In this document: positions 10,612-21,609 of the stretch, piece by piece
Numbering within the stretch: position 1 is the first letter of the stretch
How the letters are laid out: each line of letters opens with the position of its first letter
Assembly: GCA_963700485.1 (NCBI GenBank)
Contig: CAVOXQ010000012.1
Span: 10,684 to 74,683, forward strand
Reading direction: 5' to 3'
Length of the DNA stretch: 64,000 nt
DNA from: an uncultured Alphaproteobacteria bacterium
GTDB lineage: Bacteria; Pseudomonadota; Alphaproteobacteria; Rhodobacterales; Rhodobacteraceae
Position numbers and translations under genes: made by a program
The notes under the pieces: generated by a model
Database searches by the model: none
What the model saw: the letters and a program-made list of their open reading frames with translations, nothing else
Told to the model about the DNA's origin: nothing

Positions 10612-12127
10612 CGTCGTGCCCCTGCCCAAGCGCCTTGCGCATCGCCTCGATCAACCTTTGCCGCTTGTCGTCCGACAGCGTCTTGCCCATTGCGATCTCG
10701 TCACCAAGATCGCGCAGCTCTTCGCGCATGACGCGGCGCAGGCGCGCCTCGGCCTGGGGAACCGCGCCGGGCTGGAGGTGGTCAAGCAGACCCTCCGTCG
10801 CGGCGAGCAAGACCGCGATCTGCTCGGGAACCGCAAAGCGATCGTGTTCCTTCTGGGTCAGCACCGCACGCACCCGCTGCCCGCGCGTCAGTCTGGCTCG
10901 CGTCGCCTCGTCAAGCTGGGTGCCGAACCGGGCAAAGCTTTCCAGTTCCTCGAATTGGGAATAGGTGAGCCGCAGGTCTCCGGCGACAGCGCGGAAGGCC
11001 GGCAATTGCGCCTTGCCGCCGACACGGCTGACCGAGGTTCCAATGTCGATGGCCGGCAGGTGGCCTTTTTCGAACAGGTCGGGCGACAGGTAGATCTGCC
11101 CGTCGGTGATCGAGATGAGGTTGGTGGGGATATAGGCCGAGATGTTCTGTGCCTGGGTCTCGACGATCGGAAGCGCGGTCAGCGAGCCGCCGCCATGTTC
11201 CTCGCGCAGATGGGTGGCGCGTTCCAGCAGCCGCGAATGGATATAGAAGATGTCGCCCGGATAGGCCTCGCGTCCCGGCGGGCGGCGCAGCAGCAGCGAC
11301 AGCTCGCGATAGGCACGGGCATGTCTCGTCAGATCGTCGTAGACGATGAGCACGTCCCGCCCCTGCTCCATGAAATGTTCGGCCATCGTCGTCGCGGCAT
11401 AGGGCGCGATGAATTGCAGACCCGGCGCGTCGTCGCCGCCCGCAGCCACGACTATGGTGCGCTCCAGCGCGCCGGCCTCGCGCAGATCCCCGACAACCTT
11501 GGCGACTGCCGATGCACGCTGGCCGATCGCGCAGTAGACCCAGATCACGCCGGTGTCGCGCTGGTTGAGAATGGCGTCGATGGCGATGGCCGTCTTGCCG
11601 GTCTGGCGGTCGCCGACGATCAACTCGCGCTGACCACGACCGATCGGGGATGGCCACGTCGACCGCCTTGATCCCGGTCTGAAGGGGCATTTCCACGGGG
11701 TCACGGTGCATGATCGGGGGCGCGGGGCGCTCGATGGGCAAGTGATCGGCGGCGTCGATCCGTGCGCCCCCGTCGATCGGCCGGCCAAGACCGTCGACAA
11801 TCCGCCCGAGCAACGCCTCGCCGACCGGCACGTCGGCCACCCGGCCAGTACGCCGCAGCCGGTCCCCAGGACGCAGCCCCTCGGTGTTGCCCAGCACGAT
11901 CACACCAATCCGGTCGCGGCCGAGGCTCGACGCGAGGCCGACCACCCCGTTGAAAAGAGCACAAGCTCGTCGGAGTAAAGGTCGGTAAAGCCCGTGACCT
12001 GCGCGACCCCGTTCCCGACAGAAACGATACGCGCCAGTTCGGACGCATCGACCTCTGGTCGAACAAGTCGCAAGGCATGCTCCAACGGGGCAAAGACATC
12101 GGCCCGCATGTCGTTCAGCGATCCCAC
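10598..12127 (-). CDS. atpA: N-ATPase alpha subunit; two compensating frameshifts (~11955 and ~11645), likely sequencing errors
   Basis: Spread over three ORFs: VSVGNGVA..., [15 protein letters not shown]...[29 protein letters not shown]...[12 protein letters not shown]. Confidence 0.88.
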
Positions 12128-12936
12128 GTGGAAGCCCCCCTCGCGTCCTCGCCATCTTCCACCTTGCGCGGCGCGGCATGACTGCCCGCGTCGATGATCT
12201 CGTCGAGTTCGGTCTTCAGCCGGTCGAGATGGCGGTTGGCCGACCATTCGGCCGTGACCTCACCGATGGTCAGGCGGACACCGACCACCAGTCCTGCGTC
12301 TTCCCGGTAGTCCACCTCGATATCGGTGGACAGCGCTTCGTGGATCGCTCGGGTCATCCGGCCTTTCGCCGCGCTTGCCAGCGCATCGCTCGTCTCCACG
12401 ATCGCGGCCTGCGCCATCGTGGCCGCTTCGGCAAGTTTCCGGCGGATGTCCGGATCGAGCGAGCCCAGCCGGATCGCAAAGGTTGCGGCCACCCGCTCGG
12501 CGATCTCGCTATCGGCGAAGTCCGCCAGGACACGGCCGGAAATGTCGAGAATCTGCCGACCCGCCTGGCGTTGCAGCGACGCAACGAAGGCCTCGCGCTC
12601 GGCGGCGAGATGCGCGTGCCAGGTTTCGCGCCTTTCTTCCATCTCGGTCCGGATCTCGGTCGTAAGGCGCGCGCGCAGTTCATCGGCCTCGGCATGGGCG
12701 GATGCCAGGATATCGTCCCTGCTTGCCTCCAGTTCCGCGGCCTGTTCCTTCAGATTCCGCGCTTGCCGTTCTACCTCGTCCCGGGTCGCGCTTGCCTCGG
12801 CCAGCCGATCCCGGATGCGTTCTTCGCGGCGACGCATCGCGGTGCTGATGGGCTTGTAGAGAAAGCGTTGCAGCAGCCAGACCAGGACCAGGAAATTCAC
12901 GATCTGGGCCGCGACGGTCAGCCAGTCGATCTGCAC
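12115..12936 (-). CDS. atpF: N-ATPase b subunit (long form with delta-like C-terminal part)
   Basis: IDWLTVAAQIVNFLVLVWLLQRFLYKPI, long coiled coil; GTG start at 12936. Confidence 0.88.
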   Translation of the reverse strand: MQIDWLTVAAQIVNFLVLVWLLQRFLYKPISTAMRRREERIRDRLAEASATRDEVERQARNLKEQAAELEASRDDILASAHAEADELRARLTTEIRTEMEERRETWHAHLAAEREAFVASLQRQAGRQILDISGRVLADFADSEIAERVAATFAIRLGSLDPDIRRKLAEAATMAQAAIVETSDALASAAKGRMTRAIHEALSTDIEVDYREDAGLVVGVRLTIGEVTAEWSANRHLDRLKTELDEIIDAGSHAAPRKVEDGEDARGASTWDR

Positions 12937-12940
12937 GGGC

Positions 12941-13220
12941 TCAGCCTCCCGCGCCTTGCAGGGCGAGGTCTCATGAACGGGTTGGCAAAGACCAGGATCA
13001 TCGAGACGACGAAACAATAGATGGCCGTCGACTCGATCATCGCAAGGCTGACGAAGAGCGTCCGCGTGATCGTGTCCGAGGCATCCGGTTGCTGCGCCAG
13101 AGACTGCAACGCCTGCGACGCGGCGCGACCTTCGGCCAGCGCAGGGCCGATCGAGCCGATCGCGATCGTCAGGCCGGCGGTCACGATGGAAATGATGGCG
13201 ATCCAGATCACTGGGTCCAT
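12941..13220 (-). CDS. atpE: N-ATPase c subunit; apparent indel near the C-terminus
   Basis: GPALAEGRA...AQQPD...AMIESTAIY..ANPF; expected stop at 12941 is reached only after a 1-nt correction. Confidence 0.9.
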
Positions 13221-13222
13221 GG

Positions 13223-13936
13223 TCACTCTCCCTGGTCGTTCGGTGGATGTGTCTTTCCGCCCTGCCCGTCGGATCGACGACGGCTGGCCGATGCGATGTA
13301 GACCATCGCGAGGATTGCGAAGATGTAGGCCTGGATCAGGCCGGTCAGCAGTCCCAGCACTTGCAACAGGACAGGAAAGAAGAACGGTGCGACGCTGACG
13401 AGGATGCCTACGATGACCGTTCCGCTCATCACGTTGCCATAGAGGCGGATCGCAAGCGCAAGGGTGCGCGACGCCTCGCTGATGATGTTGAAGGGAAGCA
13501 TGAAGGGCGTTGGGCGGATATAGGTCGCCAGATACCCGCCCAGTCCGCGCCGGCCGATGGAAAAGAGCGGCACGGCGATCAGGACGCAGATCGCCAGTGC
13601 CGCGGTGGTCGACAAAGAGCCGGTGGGTGGCCGGTAGCCCGGCACGATCATCAGAAGGTTCGCGGTTGCGATGAACAGGAACAAGGTTCCGATGAACGGC
13701 AGGTAGCGGTCTGGATCGCCGCTGCCCATGCCTTCGATCTGATCGCGTATCTGGCTGACGATGACCTCCAGCATCACTTGCCGGCGCGAGACGGTTTCGC
13801 CCTCGCTCAGCCGCGCGGTCACCGCCCATGACCCCAGGACCAGCATCGCCATGACAGCCCAGGTGAAGACGATCGTTGCGCTCAGCTGCCATCCGCGCCA
13901 CTCGTAGAAGATCCAGGCGTCGGTGCTGATTTCCAT
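13223..13936 (-). CDS. atpB: N-ATPase a subunit
   Basis: PPTGSLSTT, SRTLALAIRLYGNVMSG, LIQAYIFAILAMVYI. Confidence 0.92.
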   Translation of the reverse strand: MEISTDAWIFYEWRGWQLSATIVFTWAVMAMLVLGSWAVTARLSEGETVSRRQVMLEVIVSQIRDQIEGMGSGDPDRYLPFIGTLFLFIATANLLMIVPGYRPPTGSLSTTAALAICVLIAVPLFSIGRRGLGGYLATYIRPTPFMLPFNIISEASRTLALAIRLYGNVMSGTVIVGILVSVAPFFFPVLLQVLGLLTGLIQAYIFAILAMVYIASASRRRSDGQGGKTHPPNDQGE

Positions 13937-14244
13937 CACATCGTCCCCTGCCGTGCTGTGCCGATCCAGCGCGTGACGGCGAAACGGACGACGACGAAGC
14001 CGCCAAGACCGGCCAGAAGGCCCGCCGCGCCGATCTTCAGATAAAGGCCAAGACCCATGGCGGCGACGGCCAGCCCGCCGCGCAGCAGGGTCAGCCCGAT
14101 GAACAGGCCAGTGCCCCGGCGCCCGCCATCCTGTTGGCGCGAAAAGACACGGACCGCGGCCCAGAGCAGCGCCAGATAGGCGGCGCCGACCGCGGCGCCG
14201 GCCGCGAAGCAAAGCGCCCACAGCAACGGATCATTCATTGTCAT
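13936..14244 (-). CDS. atpR: N-ATPase AtpR membrane subunit
   Basis: Three-TM small protein with YLALLWAAVR and LLRG, located between atpQ and atpB. Confidence 0.75.
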   Translation of the reverse strand: MTMNDPLLWALCFAAGAAVGAAYLALLWAAVRVFSRQQDGGRRGTGLFIGLTLLRGGLAVAAMGLGLYLKIGAAGLLAGLGGFVVVRFAVTRWIGTARQGTM

Positions 14245-14523
14245 CACCCCGCCCCTCGCGCTGCACCCAATACCACGCGTTCAGACAGCCAAGCGCGACC
14301 CCCGCGAGCAGCAGGGCCAGCGTCCAGGATGTCTTGCCCGGCCAGCGCGCGTCGATGAAAAGCCCGAGCGCCGTGCCGCCAACACTCGGCACGACAACCG
14401 CCCAGCCGACCATGCCGAACATGCCCAGTCCGAACCATGCGTTGCCATGACGGCGTTTGCGGGCCTTTTCCATCCGCTCGGCCTTCTGGGCGATCTCGCG
14501 GGTTTCGTCCGAGCCGTCGGGTA

Positions 14524-14527
<4 letters not shown>
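14231..14527 (-). CDS. atpQ: N-ATPase AtpQ (AtpZ/AtpI family)
   Basis: WFGLGMFGMVGWAVVVP...GCLNAWYWV. Confidence 0.85.
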
Positions 14528-16618
<2,091 letters not shown>

Positions 16619-16671
16619 TCAGAGGATGCCCGCTTGCCCGCTCTTGCGCCGGACGTCCGGGTCGGGCCGTC

Positions 16672-16890
16672 TCAGACGTTCGGCGGCAGCCCCCAGTGTT
16701 CGCGCAACGCGATGACCACCTTTCGCGGGAGCCGGTAGTAGCGCGCGATCTCATGGTCGCTCAGGCCGTAATCGACCAGTGCCTTGAGGGCGTCGCGCGG
16801 CGCCGATCCAAGTGTCTCCGCGATCCGGCGACGCCGCCGCTCGTTCAGATTCGTATCCGCAAGATCCCGCTCGAACCGTGTCCAGGTCAT
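16672..16890 (-). CDS. Small hypothetical protein with HTH-like C-terminus
   Basis: MTWTRFE... with SD GGAGGG; YGLSDHEIARYY..P..V..LREHWG. Confidence 0.6.
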   Translation of the reverse strand: MTWTRFERDLADTNLNERRRRRIAETLGSAPRDALKALVDYGLSDHEIARYYRLPRKVVIALREHWGLPPNV

Positions 16891-16958
16891 CTGGCCCTCC
16901 TGCGTCAGGCGATGCTGAACTCCTCCGAGAAACATGCCGGCAAACAAATCGCCCGGCC

Positions 16959-16972
16959 TTTACTTCTGTTAA
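16959..16972. promoter_or_regulatory. Crp/Fnr-like box variant TTTAC-TTCT-GTTAA
   Basis: AT-rich 14-mer in the divergent intergenic region before the CBS gene. Confidence 0.5.
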
Positions 16973-17089
16973 GGCGCGATGGATCCGGGTCCGGGATGGT
17001 GCGGGTGTCCGGATTGCAGGTGTCGGCGCAGGGCCACATCCACGCGGCAATCGACACGCATCCCCCGACATTGAACGGGAGCACGCACC

Positions 17090-17506
17090 GTGAAAGTGAA
17101 AACCGTGATGTCCAGACCAGTTGTCGCGGTCACGTCAAAGGACAGTATTCGCACGGCCGCCACCCTGCTGCGAAAGCACAACGTCGGCGCGCTTCCGGTT
17201 CTCGATGGGACCAGAAGCATCGGCATCGTCACCGACCGGGATCTCGTCATTCGGGTGTTTACGGAGTTGTTCGACCCCGGCGCCCTGACCGTCGGCGACG
17301 TGATGTCGCCAAACCCTGTCACATGCCACGAGGACCAGACCGTGGACGAGGCGGCAGCGATCATGGGCGAACACCAGATCAGGCGACTGCCGGTCGTCGA
17401 TCTGTTCCAGAACCTCATCGGCATGATTTCGGTCGGCGACATCGCCGAGAACGTGTCCGAGGAGCTTGCCGGCCAGACGCTCGGAGAGATCGCCGAGAAA
17501 CGCTAG
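17090..17506 (+). CDS. CBS domain pair protein
   Basis: VGALPV...GIVTDRDL, IRRLPVV...GMISVGDI. Confidence 0.92.
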   Translation: MKVKTVMSRPVVAVTSKDSIRTAATLLRKHNVGALPVLDGTRSIGIVTDRDLVIRVFTELFDPGALTVGDVMSPNPVTCHEDQTVDEAAAIMGEHQIRRLPVVDLFQNLIGMISVGDIAENVSEELAGQTLGEIAEKR

Positions 17507-17527
17507 CGGCAGTCTCCACGGGCAATC

Positions 17528-18289
17528 TCAGGCGGCCGGGATGAGATCCTGACGCAGTACATCGAGATCTATCCCCGCAAGGCGGGTCATCGCCTCGACA
17601 TCATGGATCACGATATCCATGTGACCGCCCACTTCCAGGATGCCACGGCGGGAAAAGCGTCGCAGGGTGCGGCAGATATGGATCGCGGACAGGCCGCAGT
17701 AATCTCCAAGCTGCTGTTGGGTCAAGGGAATGTGGAATTCCCTGCCATTGACGGGGCCATGTTCGGTAGATCTCAGACAGAGCTCGCACAGGGTGAAGGC
17801 GATGTTGTTCTCCGCCGTTCCCTTGCCCAGGCGCAGCATGCGCTCCGACATCCGTGCCAGGGTGGACTGGATGTATCGGTTGAACATGCGCGCAAGATCG
17901 GGATGGGCGTTGCAGGTGCGCAGCCACTCGTCCTGGGGTATCGCCGCGATGACGACATCGCAGAGCGCCTCGAGTTCCAGCATGCTTGTGTCGCCGGACG
18001 CCGAAACGGGATTCAGAATGCCGCCGGGAAGAACGATGTCGATGATCTGCCGCTTGCCTTCCTCGGTCGATTTCGAGGCGAGCATCCAGCCCGACAGAAC
18101 GATGTAGACGGACGATGCCCGATCTCTTTCGAACTTGGTGACCTGGCCGGCCGAGCGTTCATACCTGTGCGCGGCGATGAGCGCACGAAGTGCCGTAAGG
18201 GCTGTCGCGTCGCACCCTGGGCAGATCCAGAATGTTGCCGCCATCTCGTCAGGGCTTGGCGCCCCCGCGCAGGGTTTCACTTTGCTCAT
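17528..18289 (-). CDS. Crp/Fnr family transcriptional regulator
   Basis: cNMP-like domain (GKRQIIDIVLPG) plus HTH PLTQQQLGDYCGLSAIHICRTLRRF. Confidence 0.9.
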   Translation of the reverse strand: MSKVKPCAGAPSPDEMAATFWICPGCDATALTALRALIAAHRYERSAGQVTKFERDRASSVYIVLSGWMLASKSTEEGKRQIIDIVLPGGILNPVSASGDTSMLELEALCDVVIAAIPQDEWLRTCNAHPDLARMFNRYIQSTLARMSERMLRLGKGTAENNIAFTLCELCLRSTEHGPVNGREFHIPLTQQQLGDYCGLSAIHICRTLRRFSRRGILEVGGHMDIVIHDVEAMTRLAGIDLDVLRQDLIPAA

Positions 18290-18440
18290 TTGCAAGTTCC
18301 CCCTTTCCAATTCGATCTCCGACCCGGGCCTTGCGACCCGAGCGCACCCTCTGCTGCGTGCGGCCCCTGTTCCGTGTCGGGCCCTGCCTGCCCATCCGAC
18401 GGCATGTCACAAATCTACCAGACCGCGTGATCCATCGCCA

Positions 18441-18454
18441 TTGATGCTCGTCAA
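18441..18454. promoter_or_regulatory. FNR/FixK box TTGAT-GCTC-GTCAA upstream of the Crp/Fnr gene
   Basis: One mismatch to TTGAT-N4-ATCAA. Confidence 0.65.
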
Positions 18455-18594
18455 TCTGGGGAAAAACACGGCGGTGTTTCGCGCAATACGGTCCTTGTTC
18501 CGCAGGGCATTGACCCGGCGCCGCAGGCGTTTCTCATCCGTAAACAAGATCTTGGCGGCGCCCCCTTTGCAGGCAGGCGACCGGGGCCGATCGC

Positions 18595-18608
18595 TTTACC
18601 AGGGTTAA
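18595..18608. promoter_or_regulatory. Crp/Fnr-like box variant TTTAC-CAGG-GTTAA
   Basis: Same arms as the 16959 site; upstream of the rightward bfr-containing gene run. Confidence 0.5.
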
Positions 18609-18975
18609 TGCGGCACAGGCAGCATTGGGTTCATCTGAAGCATGGACCGGCGTTTGCAGGAAGGAGCGAAAGGATGGCACCAAAGCCGAGGCTGACCGAA
18701 ACCGGCCTCTCCGGGGTGGTATGCCGATTGCCCGGGACCGATCCGGCAAATGCCCCTCAGATGCAACAGGCCCGCCGGGCAAGGGGCCACATCCCCGATA
18801 AGGCCCGGGCGATCGCCAGACCGACGGTCGACACCGGAAAGCAAAAGGTCGAGGCGGTGGCCGGCCGCTACAGGGCGACTGCCATGGCGCCGCAGCCAGG
18901 TCAGGTCTGACCATGGCCATCCCGCGCGCGAAGGTCGTCATTTCCAAAGACCAGGACAACTATGGAGATAACCCG

Positions 18976-19263
18976 ATGGACGAGAAAGACGCATATCGAC
19001 AGAAGCTTCAGGCGCGGCTTGGCCAATGGCGCGCCGAAATCGACAAGTTGCAGGCAAAGGCCGTCGAGGCCAGCGCCGACGCACGGCTGGAATACGACAA
19101 GCAACTCAAGGAACTGCACAGGCAGCAGGAAAAGGCGCGCGAAAAGCTTCGGGAGCTTGATGAAGCGAGCGGCCAAGCCTGGAAAGAGCTCAGGAGCGGA
19201 ATGGAAAAGGCCTGGGATGAGCTTGGCGCGGCCGTGCAGAAGGCCACGGAAAGGTTTGGTTGA
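18976..19263 (+). CDS. Small coiled-coil protein
   Basis: MDEKDAYRQKLQARL..W.AEIDKLQAKA...AWKELRSG.EKAWDEL; SD GGAG. Confidence 0.8.
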   Translation: MDEKDAYRQKLQARLGQWRAEIDKLQAKAVEASADARLEYDKQLKELHRQQEKAREKLRELDEASGQAWKELRSGMEKAWDELGAAVQKATERFG

Positions 19264-19264
19264 G

Positions 19265-19714
19265 ATGAAGCCGAGGATTGGCAGGAAGGTTCGTCCCCCC
19301 CTTGGTATCGCAGGCTTTGTTGTGGTGGCCGGCCTGGCTCTGTCAGGCCCGGTCTGGCCGCAGGAGGGCAATGAAACGGCGCGGCTCGATGAAGTTCAGA
19401 CCGAGTTTTCCGACGCCTTTGATGCCATCGCCGCCTACTCGGTCGATCGGCGCGATGCAGCACTCGACGCCCTCCGGAATGCCTTCTCCGGGATCGACGA
19501 CCAGATCGAGGTTCTGGATGACAGGGCCCGCAACGCCTGGTCGCAGATGTCGGACGCAACGCGGCAACGGACTGCCGCCGCTCTGCGGGATTTGCGCGAC
19601 CGCCGCAATGACCTGAGCGAGGCGTTTGGCGCCCTGTCGCAGGGGGCGGGCAGCGCCTGGGACGACCTGATGGCGGGCGTTCGTGCCGGCTGGGCCAACC
19701 TGGAACTCGCCTAG
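19265..19714 (+). CDS. Secreted helical protein, C-terminally similar to the upstream gene; TAG may be premature (reading frame open to 19762)
   Basis: Signal peptide plus AWDDL..GV..GW.NL repeat. Confidence 0.7.
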   Translation: MKPRIGRKVRPPLGIAGFVVVAGLALSGPVWPQEGNETARLDEVQTEFSDAFDAIAAYSVDRRDAALDALRNAFSGIDDQIEVLDDRARNAWSQMSDATRQRTAAALRDLRDRRNDLSEAFGALSQGAGSAWDDLMAGVRAGWANLELA

Positions 19715-19763
19715 GATGAGGTGGCCGGCGCGTTTGGCGAAGAAACCGAAACGGGAGATTGAC

Positions 19764-20249
19764 ATGACGACGCAGTCGCGCAGCCTCGAAAACCTCCAGA
19801 CGGCGCTCGCCATGGAGATGACGGCAATTCACCAGTATCTGCTGCATGCCCATGTCCTCGATGACTGGGGCCTCGACGTCCTCGCCGCGAAGATGCGTGA
19901 GGAAATGTCCGAAGAACTTGGCCATGCCGGCCGGTTCATCGACCGGATCCTGTTTCTCGAGGGCAATCCCGAGATCGTCGCCGGCAAATCCCCCAGACGG
20001 GCCGAGACGCTTGACGCGATGTTCGCGGCCGACCTCGAAGAGGAAAAGGGGGCGATCACGTTCTATTCCGACGCTGCCCTCGCCGCCGACAAAGATCGCG
20101 ATGTCGGAACGCGTGTGCTCTTCGAGGAGATCCTGCTGGACGAGGAAGGCCACAAGGACTGGCTGAAGCGTCAGTTGAACCTGCTCGGTCGCATGGGGGA
20201 ACCGACTTTCATGGCCCAGAACATGACTGACGCAGTCGAGAGTGTCTGA
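19764..20249 (+). CDS. bfr: Bacterioferritin
   Basis: E.TAIHQY..H, EE.GHA..FIDRILFLEG, DEEGH.DWL ferroxidase ligands. Confidence 0.9.
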   Translation: MTTQSRSLENLQTALAMEMTAIHQYLLHAHVLDDWGLDVLAAKMREEMSEELGHAGRFIDRILFLEGNPEIVAGKSPRRAETLDAMFAADLEEEKGAITFYSDAALAADKDRDVGTRVLFEEILLDEEGHKDWLKRQLNLLGRMGEPTFMAQNMTDAVESV

Positions 20250-20475
20250 CCACTTCGACGATAATTCCGGCGACGTGTGGCAAAGCCCCCAGCACCACAG
20301 AAGGAGAGATGATGGGCACGCATGTGCAGTCGCACCCGATCCCGGAACGGCTTCGCGGGACGGGGATCGGGCGGTGGATTGCCGGCTCGATTTTGGCGGG
20401 GCCGGTGTTCGGCCGGGGCCCGGACAGCGCGCGCGCGATCCGCCTCTCCCGGTTCCTGCAATCGAGGGGCCGCAC

Positions 20476-20862
20476 ATGATCCGTATCGAACACAGCCGGG
20501 ATCAGAAGATGATCGTCGTCCGCGCTTCGGGAACGTTGACGACACAGGACTACGATCAAGCCGTTCCGGAACTCGAACACGCACTCGAGTTGTCGCAAGG
20601 CCCGCTCAAGGTCTTGATCCGTCTTGAGGATTTTCGAGGATGGGAGATCGGCGCCCTTTGGCGCGAACTGGAGCTGGACCTGACCTATCGGGGCGATTTC
20701 GGGCGGATCGCGGTCATCGGGGAATCCCGTCTGGAGAAGTGGGGCACCACATTGTCGGCCCCATTCGCAAAGGCCGAGATGCGGTTCTTCCCCACGGGCC
20801 AGGAGGCCGAGGCAGAGGCCTGGCTGGCCGAAGATCAGGCCCACCCGGATGGGCAAGCCTGA
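20476..20862 (+). CDS. SpoIIAA-like (STAS/SEC14) protein
   Basis: ASGTLT..DY, DFRGWE..ALW, RIAVIG, EAEAWL. Confidence 0.85.
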   Translation: MIRIEHSRDQKMIVVRASGTLTTQDYDQAVPELEHALELSQGPLKVLIRLEDFRGWEIGALWRELELDLTYRGDFGRIAVIGESRLEKWGTTLSAPFAKAEMRFFPTGQEAEAEAWLAEDQAHPDGQA

Positions 20863-21425
20863 TGCCCGATGCACCGCTCTCCGGCACCGCGAAGGGCAAC
20901 GACGATCGCAAATCGCCGCATCCGAAGCTGTTTTCCCGGGCCGCCAATTCCTTCATTCTCGGGGCGGCCGCCTTCTATGCGTTGGCGGCACTGGCCATGG
21001 CTTCGGTTTCGCTTGGCCTCATGACGGTGTCGATAATGCGCCTCTACACCGCGATCGGAAACTTCGACACGAGCGAGAATGTCCTGCTGGACGCCGTGAG
21101 TTCGCTGGTCATTTCGGTCGCGATCCTGGACGTCGCGAAATATGTGATGGAGGAAGAGGTGATGCGCAGCCGGGAATTGCGACGCCCGCACGAGGCCCGC
21201 GAGGCGGTGACCAAGTTCATGGTGATCATCGCGCTGGTCGTGTCCATCGAAGGCATCGTGCTTGTCTTCGAGGTCGGCAACACACGGCCGGAACTGCTGC
21301 TTTATCCGATCATGCTGTTGTGCGTTTCGGTCATCATCGTCGTCGGCCTCGGTGTGTTTCAAAGCCTGAGCCTGAAGTCGGAACGAGACTTGAAACGTGG
21401 AGTCACGAATACGGCGGAGGAGTGA
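20862..21425 (+). CDS. Four-TM membrane protein (PsiE-like)
   Basis: LLDAVSSLVISVAILDVAKY.MEEEV...TKFMVII.LVVSIEG; coupled by TGATG overlap. Confidence 0.7.
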   Translation: MPDAPLSGTAKGNDDRKSPHPKLFSRAANSFILGAAAFYALAALAMASVSLGLMTVSIMRLYTAIGNFDTSENVLLDAVSSLVISVAILDVAKYVMEEEVMRSRELRRPHEAREAVTKFMVIIALVVSIEGIVLVFEVGNTRPELLLYPIMLLCVSVIIVVGLGVFQSLSLKSERDLKRGVTNTAEE

Positions 21426-21609
21426 ACCGACATCGCGTCCAGCTTCATCCTGCGGGGCAGACACCCGCGCGTTGCTTCGCATCGGCCGTTCGGCAGGCAG
21501 TTAACAGGGAGGCGCGGCCTGAACCGCCCTTGCATTCGCCGATCGTGGAACCCTGCAAGTCCCTCGCCCGCCCGGCACATGATTGCCTCGCTCGCGGATA
21601 GCCGGGGGA

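Noticed and set aside
18674-18910. Small ORF with an SD (MAPKPRL...), faintly CsbD-like
   Set aside because: No convincing motif; may be a decayed gene but cannot be supported.
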